Assembly: GCF_006345805.1 (NCBI RefSeq)
Contig: NC_043003.1
Span: 93,744,001-93,808,000 of the forward strand
Reading direction: 5' to 3'
Source: Octopus sinensis
Taxonomy: Eukaryota
Length of the DNA stretch: 64,000 bases
Shown here: positions 1-12,119 of the stretch, piece after piece
Layout: every line of letters begins with the position of its first letter
How positions within the stretch are numbered: position 1 is the first letter of the stretch
Position numbers and translations under genes: made by a program
Notes under the pieces: generated by a model
Database searches by the model: none
The model's input: only the letters and a program-made list of their open reading frames with translations
What the model was told of the DNA's origin: nothing

Positions 1-467
1 CAACAACTTCTGCTGCTTCTTTCACTTGTGTCCATCCTTCCCTCAAAAAAGGTTGCTTTTGTTCCACTATCTCACTTCTGTCTGCCATTTTCTTTCTTCA
101 CTGCTCTGCATGTGTAAGTGTGTCTGACTTTCCACCTTCTTGACCTAAGTTATTTCATCTTTTTGGATTGTACCATCTTCTGGATACATTATTGATTTCT
201 CTGGACTTTTTTTTTATCAATTTTCTATACTTTCAACCAGTTACTTTTACTTATCACAAAATTCAAAAAGTTTTCTCTCGTTTTTGAATTTTAACATATG
301 CTTTTTTTGTTTCACAGCTGCATACTTCTATTTATGCAGTTGCACACACAGCTAAAACACATAATACATGTATGTGTGTATGTGTTTGTATGAATGTGTG
401 TGTTTGTGTGTTATATGTATATAAATGGTAAGCTGATGAATAATTGTATGATCTATTTTATCATTAC

Positions 468-591
468 CTTCACAGTCTCCTCCATCCCAATCACATCGAG
501 AATTATTGCAGCTTTTATCACAGTAGCCATCTTTAATCCACATTGCAGGACAGTTTTCAGCACAATTAGGTGTTGGCCATGTTAGATAAAC
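468..591 (-). CDS. GNPTAB: GNPTAB coding exon 12 (124 nt, Notch/LNR repeat 1); gene continues beyond position 1
   Basis: ttacag|[41 protein letters not shown](G)|gtaatg; six-Cys LNR pattern as in human. Confidence 0.96.
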
Positions 592-743
592 CTGTAAGGA
601 AACATGGAAATAACCATCAGGTAAAAAAAAACAAAAAAAACATTTGAAGTCATAATCATCATTTAATATCTGTTTTCCATGCTGGCATAGGTTGGAAGGT
701 TTGATGGGAGCTGGTCAACTGAAGAGCAGCCCAGGCTCCATGT

Positions 744-977
744 CTTATTTCTTTATTGCCCACAAGGGGCTAAACATAGAGGAGACAAACAAGGACAGGC
801 AAACAGATTCAGTTGATTACATCGACCCCAGTGAGTAACTGGTACTTAATTTATCAACCCTGAAAGGATGAAAGGCAAATCGACCTCGGCGGAATTTGAA
901 CTTAGAACGTAACAGCAGACGAAATACCACTAAGCATTTCACCCGGCGTGCTAACGATTCCGCCAGCTCACCACCTT
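744..977 (-). mobile_element. tRNA-head SINE (family B) nested in an older SINE, with 12-bp TSD
   Basis: Core ...gaggtcgatttgcctttcatcctttc...taagtaccag; caggctccatgt is duplicated at 732-743 and 978-989. Other copies at ~13440-13643, 18753-18966, 27269-27465, 38905-39062 and 57276-57490. Confidence 0.85.
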
Positions 978-1597
978 CAGGCTCCATGTTTGTTTTGGCA
1001 TGGCTTCTATGGCTGGATGCCCTTCCTAATGCTAACCACTTTACAGAGTGTACTGGGAAGTACAAACAATAAACTGTTCTGGCATTTGTCTTAAATTTTA
1101 TAATCAGTGTTATCTCATTGCAATGATCTTTCAATACATCAGTTCAAAAGTTAGTCAACCTGTAATTGTTTCTGTTTCCATTTCTAATTATTTGACACAC
1201 TATTTTCACACTAATGCACTTCCTACCCACCCACTTTTTCTCTCCTCCCTATCTCTAAAGACTTGCTTTCCTGCACAACATGTACCTTGATCTTGCATCT
1301 CTCTCACTCCTTTCAGGTAAAGAAACCATGTATTCATTTCTTCAGCAAGACACTTGCTCCTATCCCTCTATCATATTTTCCTACCCCACTTTCAGTCTCG
1401 TTAGACAGGTATAGTTGTTCCTAAGCATGTATATTGGCAAATCAATAGGTGCAGGAGAAAAGAAAAACACGAGGTAGAAAGAATTAAAAGGTTGAATCCT
1501 GATTGAAATGCTTACAACAGAGTAAAATTCACTAAATGCACCCAAGGGCCAGGTAGAAATATTAAACTGGGCAGTGACTTATGGTAAACTATAAAGG

Positions 1598-1955
1598 ATC
1601 ATCATCATCAGCAGCATCGTTTAGCATCCGCTTTCCATGCTGGCATGGGTTGGACGGTGCAACTGGGGTCTGGGAAGCCAGAAGGCTGCACCAAGCCCAA
1701 TCTGATCTGGCAATGTTTCTACGGTTGGATGATCTTCCTAACGCCAACCACTCCATGAGTGTAGTGGGTGCTTTTTACGTGCCAGGTGGGGCTGGCAACG
1801 GCCACGTTCGGATGGTTCTCTTATGTGCCACCGGCACTGGTATCACAGCTACAATTTCCATTAATGTCGATCGATTTTGATTTTCTCTTGCCTCAACAGG
1901 TCTTCACAAGTAGAGTTTTGTGTCCCAAGAAGGAAAGGTATGCATAAGTGGACTG
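1598..1955 (-). mobile_element. Family A retroposon (RTE 3'UTR / SINE) with (GAT)n tail
   Basis: Shared core ggttggcgttaggaagggcatccagccgtagaaac...catgctagcatggaaagcggatgctaaa(gat)n; many copies in the window. Confidence 0.85.
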
Positions 1956-2023
1956 AGGTCGGTCCTGATATTTTATTTTCTAATTACAGTCAAAATAGTT
2001 TAGAATAAAACTAGTTAACCTAC

Positions 2024-2194
2024 CTTTTGTCCAGTTGAATGAGAATAAAAATCATCAGGCCAGACCTCTTTGCCAAACATTACATCATCATTGAGATAGA
2101 TAAATTTATCTGAAATTCCTGGAATACGGTGTAAATTGGCTTCTATTGCAGGAGAGGAAAAAGTAGGAAGGTAACTTTTATTCAAAAAGATATC
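2024..2194 (-). CDS. GNPTAB: GNPTAB coding exon 11 (171 nt, Stealth CR2)
   Basis: ctacag|[57 protein letters not shown]|gtaggt; contains the conserved FIYLNDD motif. Confidence 0.97.
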
Positions 2195-2794
2195 CTGTAG
2201 AGAATATATAACATAATAGAAGTAAATAGAAAGTGAAAAGACAAAACAGGTAAATATGCAACACATTTCAATTAGAAAGTAGAGCTTTTATTAGTCAACA
2301 TTCGGAAGGTAGAACCCCAACATTCAGTGGAGAAAATCTGAAAATATTTGTAAAAAGTCTACAGTAAATCAGCAAAACAATTTTCTTTTTTGTTTTGTTT
2401 TGGCCAAGGTGTTTCTTTGGAGGAGGAATTTCGAAATTTCTGAAGTAATCTCTTCTCATGGTGCATAAACATAGGTCATATTTAGTTTATACACTGTTGG
2501 CTGATACAAACAACTATAAAATATTCACTTTACATAGAAGCCATTTATACATACATGTACAGGGATCTTTTGAAGGACAAATATCTTGGCTAAATGAATA
2601 CTTTGTCAGTTATAATGACATCTCACTAACTTGTGAAACCACAGCAGCTGTTACAAGTCAACAAAGAAGTCTCTAAACAGATGTTCAATGGCTGAAAAAA
2701 CCCCAGCCAAATCTTTCTCAAATCACATCTAAGCATTTTTAAAAAGGAAAGACACATGGAGTATTGTAAATACACTATATCTGAAATTAAAATA

Positions 2795-2960
2795 CTACAT
2801 TCATGGAGTGGTTGGCGTTAGGAAGAGCATCCAGCCGTAGAAACATTGCCAGATCAGACTGGGCCTGGTGCAGCCTTCTGGCTTCCCAGACCCCAGTTGA
2901 ACCGTCCAACCCATGCTAGCATGGAAAGCGGATGCTAAATGAAGATGATGATGATGATCA
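2795..2960 (+). mobile_element. Family A retroposon, 5'-truncated
   Basis: Same core and (gat)n tail as 1598-1955, in the opposite orientation. Confidence 0.85.
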
Positions 2961-3486
2961 TGGATAGAATACTTTTGGCAATAGGTCAAATAAATGAAGT
3001 CTGATCTGGACCTAAACAAGAATGGCAACTTTAAAAGACAATAAATGTGCTATTGTAAAAAATATTTTTCTTTTTCTGCTTTCATGAATTCCCACGACTC
3101 TCTGTTGCCATTCAATTCCATTATAATGAATTTGAATTAGGAGCTAGAGTCACAGTGAATCTTTCATTAGCTGATACACAAACATGGATGCACTGCAGCT
3201 ACTCTCTTGATAGAGTTTGGTGACCCTGACCGTTGATCTAGGATTCTTCCACTCAGCATCAATGTAAGAAGAACTGTTGACTCATTTGCGTTCTTCCGAT
3301 ACCTCTTAATCCATCATGCTGCAGACCCATGACTTCATCACATATCCGGCAGGGTAGCTAAATGGGTGCTATGCCTTGCCAAAGGGCAGCCTGTAACTAT
3401 GCAGTGCATGGTTGTAATTCTATAAGATATTTTCAAAATACCCGCATACCCTAGTAAATATAATAGAAACAAGTAACAATACAAAC

Positions 3487-3618
3487 CTCATGAGTAACTA
3501 TATGCAGTCGAGGGTTGTCCAAATTTAACCAAGATGGTATCTGACCATTAGTAACAATAAAGACATTCCGAACCCATGGTGCAAACTTTTCAATCGATCT
3601 CAATGAATATCGTAGTTC
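3487..3618 (-). CDS. GNPTAB: GNPTAB coding exon 10 (132 nt, Stealth CR2)
   Basis: tgtag|[44 protein letters not shown]|gtttgt; near-identical to human CR2. Confidence 0.96.
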
Positions 3619-3766
3619 CTACAACAAATAAACGGCATATCTTAACAATACACACACTAATTGTGTATACCATTGTACACACACACACACACACTAAATA
3701 TGTATTACTGAGATTCTGCTATGTAAATTTATTTTACATCATAATTGTGAGTCTGATGCTCTAACC

Positions 3767-3967
3767 CAGTGCTTTTCAAACGTTTTGCTGGAGCGGAACC
3801 CCAAGGAAACATTCCACTGGCTCGAGGAACCCCTGTGCAATAATTTAATAGTCTTATGCACACATATCTGCACAGGAGAATTAAAAATTACCGCCGATTT
3901 TAGCAGTTTTGTAACTTCTTGCGGAACCCCTGGACTGTACTGGCGGAACCCTTGTTGAAAACCTCTG
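3767..3967. mobile_element. hAT-type MITE
   Basis: TIRs cagtgcttttcaa / ttgaaaacctctg; perfect 8-bp TSD ctctaacc at 3759-3766 and 3968-3975. Confidence 0.85.
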
Positions 3968-4486
3968 CTCTAACCACTGACCCATGTCTTTGCATGTCAT
4001 TAGAAGCAACTAAAAGAGCTGGCACCGATGAGCACCTCTGGCAATAAAATAATGCCTCAAAAAATTAATTAGTCCATGCCACCATGGAATAACATATGAA
4101 AAAGAAAAGTATGTATGCACGCACGTTTATATGTGTGCATGTATGTTCTCTTCTACTTTAAATTACATGAAATCTTCCTTACAGGAAGGAACTCATTTCT
4201 GACAAAGATACAAAGCTCTATCATTGGAATGTAGGTAACAAAAAACACAATGTCACATTTTGGACTCAAGATAATTTTCATACTTTTACTGCTCCATTTA
4301 CAGAATGTAGTCCAACCCATGCTAGCATGGAAAACGGACGCTAAACGATGATTTCTAGTGCACATTTTAGATGATCAATTTCTTTCTCTGAAAACCCTGG
4401 CTATACTAGATTCACACACACATGCATATATACACATACACAAAAAGAAAAGAACACTCAAGTTAATATCTGAATTAAAAATATAC

Positions 4487-4534
4487 CTCATTATCTTCAA
4501 AACGGCTCGGGGAAAAATCTTCTGTGCGAGAATA
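4487..4534 (-). CDS. GNPTAB: GNPTAB coding exon 9 (48 nt)
   Basis: ttatag|YSRTEDFSPSRFEDNE|gtatat; SRFEDNE is the start of Stealth CR2. Confidence 0.9.
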
Positions 4535-5030
4535 CTATAATTAAAGAAAATAGCAAAGAATTTCTATTACAATCGACATTAAATTAAAGCTAGTTTTGAA
4601 ACCAGCGTGGAAGAGCAAAACAGAGTTAATTTGTAAAATGTATATAGCATGGCTAACTTATAAAAACAAAAACGATTTTTGAAATGAGCTCAGCACCAAA
4701 AAATTTATTTCAGACAAACTTAGTTGAATGAATCCATCTTAACACTTGCCAGTTATTTCATTGAATCCAGGGAAATGAAATACATAATTAACTTAGTGAG
4801 ATTTTACTTCAAGAGTTTAAAGGAGTACTTTAAGGTAGTATTTAATGACACTATATGATGAAAGCTGCATTTGTATTAATTGTTGTTGTTTATAACACCA
4901 ACAGCATGAATAATCACCAAACTTGGTTCAATTTGGTTTATAAAGTGAAAATTTATGTTCAGAGCAGCTGTTCCCACACTTTAGATATATTTTCACAAAT
5001 GAAATGTAATAAAATTAATTGTTAACTTAC

Positions 5031-5099
5031 ATCATTGAGATCCCAAACAATACTGGCAGCAGCAAAAGATATTATTTTCCCGCTGATAGTCAAGTTGAG
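5031..5099 (-). CDS. GNPTAB: GNPTAB coding exon 8 (69 nt)
   Basis: tttctag|LNLTISGKIISFAAASIVWDLND|gtaagt; resembles human [21 protein letters not shown]. Confidence 0.87.
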
Positions 5100-5433
5100 C
5101 TAGAAAGAAAAAAAAACAAAAAAAAAAAAGGTTAAAAAAGGATCATGGATGTCTCCATCCTATCCTCTGCAAATCTAGACTATACTGTTCAATATGGCCT
5201 TCTCTTCTCAAGAGGAAATTTAACTACTATTTCAAGCAAAAAAATTACCACATAGAGACTCCCTTGTTTGTGATGATGGCATTGTTAAATTTAGCCTTAG
5301 GTTAGCAATAATTGAGCAGGTCTATGATCAAGACATTCTAGCTCTGACCATTCTATCTTTTATTCTGACAATGTATCTAAGACTACATAAATTCCTTGCC
5401 CATTGTAGGTAAATATCCCTTTATGTGATTTGA

Positions 5434-5644
5434 CCCTTTTGTTACCTCATTTCTGTTGGACTACAATGCCTTTGTTTCAATTAATTTTGAAAATAATGAA
5501 GAATTTAGTAAAATAACTTTGTCAATATTTGGAACATAAATTAACATGAAAGTTTAATGGAAGGATTTAATTAAGATCATTATAAAACAGGAGGTCTGTA
5601 TAAAAAAACCAGAGGTAGTGTCAGGCAGGTTGGTATCAAAAAGG
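5434..5644. mobile_element. TTAA-flanked piggyBac-type MITE
   Basis: cccttttgttacc ... ggtatcaaaaagg|ttaa; related copies at ~11760-11988, ~19170-19382 (inverted) and 23809-24028. Confidence 0.65.
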
Positions 5645-5759
5645 TTAAAAGAGACATGAATACTATTTCTAGCAGGTCAAGCAGCCACACAGGGGCTTGC
5701 TCAATGTGTTGTAAAGGTATGCATATTTGCTTGTATTTATGCATGTATAGTGGTACTTA

Positions 5760-6085
5760 TATTGCTACGCGTCGCCTTACTAGCACTTGTGCTGGTGGCA
5801 TGTGAAATATTCGAGCGAGGTCGTTGCCAGTGCCGCTGGACTGGCTCCTGTGCAGGTGGCATGTAAAAAGCACCATGTGGGCGTGGCCGTTACCAGTACT
5901 ACCAAACTGGACCTCGTGCTGGTGGCACGTAAAAGCACCCACTACACTCTCGGAGTGGTTGGCGTTAGGAAGGGCATCCAGCTGTAGAAACTCTGCCAGA
6001 TCAGATTGGAGTCTCGCCAGACCTCAGTCAAATCGTCCAACTCATGCTAGCATGGAAAGTAGACATTAAATGATGATGATGATGA
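5760..6085 (+). mobile_element. Family A retroposon
   Basis: Internal gtgcNggtggcaYgtaaaagcacc repeats, family A core and (gat)n tail. Confidence 0.8.
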
Positions 6086-6160
6086 ATCTATGATATTAAA
6101 TGTACAAAAAATATCTGTCAAAGCCTAAAAACACAAAGTATCCAAGAGACTATATCATAC

Positions 6161-6235
6161 CTGTAATACTTCTTCAAAGACAGCTTTGGTTTTAACATGT
6201 AACACAGCAACTCCTTTGTCTTCAAAAGAAACAAT
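6161..6235 (-). CDS. GNPTAB: GNPTAB coding exon 7 (75 nt)
   Basis: tttgcag|IVSFEDKGVAVLHVKTKAVFEEVLQ|gtatga; resembles human [23 protein letters not shown]. Confidence 0.8.
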
Positions 6236-6339
6236 CTGCAAAGAATAAGAATTAGGGAAATACTAATAACATCATTATGTTTTTAACTCTTTAGCATTTA
6301 AACCCCAAATATTCTACCTGTTTTTAGTTCAAACTGGCC

Positions 6340-6809
6340 AAGAGGGTACCCAAAAGAAACCAGAAGTTTGCAATATTATGAAGCAATGTATTGGTCTAGG
6401 TTTTTTTTTCCACTATTTGAAGCAATGCTGGAACTGTTGCGAAGTGACGCCTTTTAACATCTCCATCAGCCTGAATAAAGCGGGCCATCAAGCAACAAGT
6501 GACCATTCCTAAAGTGTGGAAACCACTCGTAAACTTCTGTTTTACATATGGCAGTGTCCTTGTAAGCAGTCTGAGGCATGGCAAATGTTTTGGCTGCCAT
6601 ATTCCCCAGGTGAAAACAGAATTTCACAGAAGTATACTATTCCTTTGTTTCAGTGATCGCAAAAATCTACGAACATGGGAGAAGCACTGCAAACCAAAGA
6701 TGCACCACATAGCAATGTGACTTTAGTTGATGCTACCGGTCACAAAAACCTGAACGACAACAGGCTCGTCTCACAGGGAACATTTCTAGTTACTTTGGGT
6801 ACCTCCTTG
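6340..6809 (-). mobile_element. Internally deleted mariner derivative
   Basis: TIR-like ends gagggtacccaaaagaaaccagaa / ttctagttactttgggtacctc; minus strand encodes the mariner HTH remnant VKFCFHLGNMAAKTFAMPQTAYKDTAICKTEVYEWFPHFRNG. Confidence 0.7.
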
Positions 6810-6940
6810 TACAAACAACCAAATCTAGAAGATACATGAATTTTTACATGCTACTAAATGCTACATGTATTTCAAGAAACAAGCATACTTAATTAATAGC
6901 AAAAATAAAACCCTAAAAATACATAAAAGAAAAAGCCTAC

Positions 6941-7072
6941 CTTTGAAAATACATCTTGATAAACGCTTGGAAAAAAGTTCTTCACATTCTTCATACCATG
7001 TTTGAAAGGAATACCAGACATGATGATTACATCCTTCAATAATACCCCCTGTGGTAATGTCCAATCAGATGT
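6941..7072 (-). CDS. GNPTAB: GNPTAB coding exon 6 (132 nt)
   Basis: taatag|TSDWTLPQGVLLKDVIIMSGIPFKHGMKNVKNFFPSVYQDVFSK|gtaggc; resembles human [22 protein letters not shown]. Confidence 0.85.
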
Positions 7073-7750
7073 CTATTACAAGATCAACAAAAAGAAGAAC
7101 ATCACTGAATTGAACAACTATAATTTACATAATGTATATGAACTACCAAACAAACTTTGATTAATATAGGAATGGTGAAGATCCCAGAACTGGAGAATAT
7201 ACTTCCTTAGTGTTATCTCACTACAAAATAAATCCCACCCACCCCAAAAAAAAACCCTGTCCAGTACCATTAAAGCACCAAAGTGGTTTATCAAATAAGA
7301 AACATGAGCTGTGAAATCCCAAACAAAGCTTAACAAGCCCAGCACACATACTGAAGGTAGATCTTAGCAGACCTCGACAGGAGACTGCATCATAAGGACT
7401 GGCTTTAATCTTCAGGCCACAAAAACTACTAACTTTTTACAAGGTCTGCACAATGAAGTACTGTTCCCACAGTGCTGCAGCTACATACACAGACAGCCCA
7501 AAACATGTCACTCAAATGATTAGCATGAGGGAGCTCACATGGGCTAATGATAAACTTTCAATCAGCCAAATATAAAAGTAAAAATTCAAATATGTTTTCT
7601 AGATGCACATTTAGAAATTCTGAGCAAAATAACTGTTTCTGGCGAATTGTGGTCTACTTGCGTATAAACGTATCCACATGCAAATACACACACAAGGATG
7701 CATAATTAGACATTAGCAAGAACATAATTCCAGTGAAGAAGTATACGTAC

Positions 7751-7818
7751 ATAATAAACTTTATTCACAGAATTATTCTTCCAGGAAATGGAATCCTTGT
7801 TCTTTAGGGCTCTGATTA
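7751..7818 (-). CDS. GNPTAB: GNPTAB coding exon 5 (68 nt)
   Basis: tttccag|(V)IRALKNKDSISWKNNSVNKVYY|gtacgt; open frame, phase 1 to 0 as needed to bridge exons 4 and 6; only weak similarity to human. Confidence 0.7.
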
Positions 7819-8159
7819 CTGGAAATATATTTGAAAAAATAAAACTGAAAATCAAATGTGTGCTTATAATTTAAAGAACAAAATGAGACATGAATCAAGG
7901 GCCATGTGGACCCCACTTGAGAACCACTATGATCACAAAGTCAAATCTTAAAACAGCCATTGTGTGTTCTACACCTGAGGAAGACACTACTTTCTTTTTG
8001 CCTTGGTTTTCTGGCTAACAACAGGTTCCACACCTACCACACATTTCAGGGGTTGCTTACAAGTACAAACACAACTGCCCTAATAATGCACAAATGTATG
8101 CATTTGAAAGAAAAAATACAACATTCAAACCCTCTTTAGGGATTGAAGATGATTCAGTT

Positions 8160-8620
8160 GCCAACAGCTGCAGACTGTACAAGGCTCAAGTATGGTCTAC
8201 AGTGGAGCACTACACCTGTATCTGGAATTGGGCTGATGCAACACACACTGACACCTTGGGTTGTGTCCAGAAAAAGGGCCTCTTGACTGATAAGCATTCC
8301 ATCACTAAAAGGCACTTCACCTTCTGGCCTACAGGCATACTGTTTTCTCTCTGTCTTTTCTATAGTTACTAAAATGACCTCTATTCTCTCAGAAGTGGCT
8401 AGTCTTGTATCTCCACATCCCAAGTGTGCCAACACATGTGCCTTTCTGCTGCTCATCATTCTTGTTGCACCTACACATCTCAACCAATGCTATACTAAAC
8501 ACTATTCTCAGTCTTTCTTCCTCAGAAGATCAGCTGTCTGGAATCTCTTCCTCATGTCTTTCCAGCAGGTGTTGATCTGCAACAGTTTAAATACATTTGT
8601 TAACAGTCTCAATCTCATTA
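8160..8620 (+). mobile_element. CR1/Jockey-group LINE 3' remnant
   Basis: LYKAQVWSTVEHYTCIW...LGCVQKK, SEVASLVSP and TKHYSQSFFLRRSAVWN match the degenerate C-terminal RT region of CR1-type LINEs. Confidence 0.7.
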
Positions 8621-8808
8621 GTCTTAGGAGGGTCTGCAAGGGTCATGGTTTCTGCCTCTTCCTCCAGATTCAGCAGAAAAAGAGAATCTGGGATGGAAAA
8701 ATATAAAGCTGATGGTAAAGAAAGGGAAAATGGAAACAAAGAAAGGAAGCTAATCCTCTTGCCAACATAGTTCTGAAATGAAAAAAAATCATCAAAGAAC
8801 ATAAATAC

Positions 8809-9005
8809 CTGCAGCCTCATTATCATATGACACAACTGTCACCATGCGGCTGTTGTCAGTATTGTTTATCGTAGTGACATCAGTGGCTTCATTAAACAGA
8901 GAATACTTCTGACGTAGATTTTCCAAAGGTAGGGAAGTTGGAAACTGAGGATCGATGACAATGAGGTCTGCTGGTACACAGTCACTGAATATGCAGGTGT
9001 CAACC
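8809..9005 (-). CDS. GNPTAB: GNPTAB coding exon 4 (197 nt, spacer-1)
   Basis: Polypyrimidine tract + ccaag|(R)VDTCIFSDCVPADLIVIDPQFPTSLPLENLRQKYSLFNEATDVTTINNTDNSRMVTVVSYDNEAA|gtattt; resembles human [28 protein letters not shown]; phase 2 to 1. Confidence 0.85.
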
Positions 9006-10029
9006 CTTGGAAAAGGAAGGAGGAGAAAAAGAAGAAGACATCGTCAATAGAGAAGTCTTTCTTATTAAACTTCAAGAAAAAGACAGTTAAATCAGCTGAA
9101 AAAGAAATACAAAAACAAAACAAAAGGAATAAAATAAAAGTAGCAAGGCACTTTGGAGAATCTAAGATGACCAGGATGGTATTGACTTCAGTGTAAGAAT
9201 TCTCATCAAAAGGAGGAATAATCTAGGTGTTAAAGGAAACTATCTAAATAAGTAATTTGTAGAGACAAATTTAAAATTAATCCTTCAAAAGGATGTGGGA
9301 CAATAAACGCTTATATAGCTGCAGACGAACATAGAGAGACTCTAGGCCCTCCCTCTCTTGACCCAGTGGGACATCAAGGATGTAACAGCTGGACAGCTGG
9401 AGGGACAGGGGGCTGTACCAGCTGGTGGCTGTCTTCATTTTTGCTTGACTAAATTAGAATATAAAATGAAGTGCAGTGTATATGTGTATGTATGAATGCA
9501 TGAATATATAACGATGTGCATGTTAATATGTATATAGACACATACATATGCATATACAGACTATGTATAAATCATGTAAGTGTGTGTGTGTGTGTTTCTA
9601 TCATCAACATCAATACAACCACCAACAGCAGCAGCAATATATAGTAGGACATAGATAAACAAATCCATTTTGAATAAAAACATATGTGGTATCCTAGTGT
9701 ATTTTAAAAGTTGAATAAAACGTTTTGATCTCAGGTTTGTGGGGATTGATTTGAGATTGGACAGCCACAACAAAACAATTAGCAAGATCAATATAACTGC
9801 AGCACCACAATCTCTGCCAACGGTTATTAACATTCAAACTAATGCAACCTAATCATTCCCACAATCAACCCACCAACTTCTGAATCCAACTGGCTACAAG
9901 ATATATCAGCTTGTACATCAACAATGTCTGTGCATGTGTGTGTATAAACATGTATGTGAATGTGTGTGTATAAGTATATGTGTGTGTGTGAAACTCTCTC
10001 TCAAGTCAGAAGTGCAATAATGAATGAAT

Positions 10030-10520
10030 TGTCTATAAAATGTGGCAAACCTTTTAGGCAATGTACCAAACCATCCAGCAAATTTAGATGCCCTTTCTGA
10101 TAATGTGAGAATAGAACATATCCCTAAGAATATAACTTCTTTGCACCAGTCATTGTATCAAAGTATGATAGCTAACTGCAAAGTATATTATATGAGAACT
10201 TTCAAACAATTTATGAAAGCAATTGATAGGGATGATAAACCTAGTTAGAGATTTCTGAAAAAATTTAACATAATAGCTAATGGATGCTGTGGAGTCATGA
10301 GATAAAGTGAAACCTTCAACTTTGAATAGTGCTTGGAAAAATATATGGCCAGACTGTATCTGAAATTACAGGTTTTCCTCAAGCAGAAAGTCTACATCAA
10401 AATGGAAAGATATTGTGACACTTGCAAAAGATGTAGGATTTGAACAAGTCATAGAAGATAATGTGATTGAGTTGCTAGTGTTCCAGAAAGATAGTTTATC
10501 TAATGAGAAGTCGATGTTTT
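10030..10520 (+). mobile_element. pogo/Tigger transposase remnant
   Basis: LLGNVPNHP...NVRIEHIPKNITSLHQSLYQSMIANCKVYYMR resembles the DDE_1 motif LLDNAPGHP...FLPPNTTSLIQPMDQGVI. Confidence 0.75.
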
Positions 10521-10635
10521 CAGAAAAAAGAACATGCAGAGAATACAGATGAGCCACTGTAGATAGATATTAGTAATAAAAATGAGTAAGAGTGGAGCAA
10601 GATTAGCATCGTAAGGAAACAGAACAAGTATTTAC

Positions 10636-10755
10636 CTTGATTCATTCAACTGAGTCTGGAGCATTATTTTGACATGTTGCAATTTTGAAATCAGTTCAGG
10701 ATCAGATCCGTTCACCCAGGTGTAGACAACATCTATGGGCATTGGTGAACACAAT
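10636..10755 (-). CDS. GNPTAB: GNPTAB coding exon 3 (120 nt, Stealth CR1)
   Basis: tctag|(R)[39 protein letters not shown](R)|gtaaat; contains the Stealth CR1 motif [11 protein letters not shown]; phase 2 to 2; not in the ORF track. Confidence 0.95.
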
Positions 10756-12119
10756 CTAGATGGATCCAAAGTACAAATAATAATCATTTGTTATTTTCAC
10801 ACAAGATTACAAATTTATTGGGGGGAAGTCAATTATTTTAACAACAACAAGAATGACTTGAAAGCCAACATAAATCCCTAGATGAAATTGAACTCAGAAT
10901 GTAGAAAGCGAAAAGTAAACAGTCGTGCAATTAGTTCAGCAGGCGGGGAACTTTTCTAACCATTTACTCTAAAATATATTTATTTACAGCCACATTACCC
11001 CCTTGATTTGAAAGGAAGAAAAACCAAGATTCTTTGAATTCAAAAGGTTTATTGAATCTATTTATATGGAGAAAACAATTATAGATATAAAAAATATAAA
11101 ACAAATGCAATAAAATAAATTAATATCTTCATTATGAAACAAAAGGATTTTTCTAGAAACTTTTTCACTTCAGGTTTTGGAGAAATGGCGTTTCATTTTT
11201 GTTACAATTATATTAAAACTGGGGCATTTTGATGCCAGAGTAATTTGGATACAATCTTCAGGGTCCAACCAATTTTCTTAAAGGATTGAAGTGAATAACT
11301 ATTTAAAGAAAGCAAAAACACATGTTGAAAAAAAAAGGTTAAGGTGAGTATAGACTATTGACAAATAAGATCTGTTTAGTCAATGCCTTAGCAATCAAAT
11401 TGTAATTCAAAATGGCACGGTATCTCCTAAACATGTCCATTACAATGGACAGATGTAGTAATGTTAGAAGAAAAGTTTCTGTTGTAACAAAGAACATGTT
11501 CTTTATGTAATTTTACTTATGTCTAATGAGCCCTCACTACCTACAAGAATTTCCTTTTTATCCCACTCAGGGTAATTTACCTTGGTTTGCTGACCCCTGA
11601 TTTAGTTCAATAAATTACTGGACACCTCATCTCCAATATCTATCACTTTGCAGCTGCTACAGATCATTATGTCTCTTCCTTACTAAATGTGAGTGACCAT
11701 GCAGCTCTTCTGTAAGTACCTGGCCAGCACCCCAACTTCTCTCATACTTAAACCATACTCTCATACTTTGTTACCATAGTTCTGTTGATATATATTGCTT
11801 CTGTCTAAATAAATTTTGGAAATAATGAAGAATTAAATAAAATATCTTTGACATTATTAAGCTATTGTTTGGAATGTAAATTTACGTGAAATTTTGATGG
11901 TAGATCTTAATTAAGATCATTTGAAAGGATTAACATTATAAAAGAGAAACACGGACAATTTTGTGCAAGTTGGTATCAAAAGAGTTAACTCCAGATGTTC
12001 TAGCATAAATCCACCCCACCTTTCCCTCAGGGTTTGTAGTCTTGCAATCATCATCATTATTTAATGTCTGTTGTCCGTGCTGGCATGGGCTGAATGGTTT
12101 GATGACATCCTCATACATC

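Noticed and set aside
1581-1880. Recurring ORF 'DGSTGVWEARRLHQAQSDLAMFLRLD' (also at 18491, 23004, 25935)
   Set aside because: Antisense translation of the family A repeat, not a gene family.
8866-9123. ORF-track 85-aa ORF and the acceptor-like site near 9095 as exon 4
   Set aside because: Wrong frame; the GNPTAB-homologous frame with correct phase begins at 9005.
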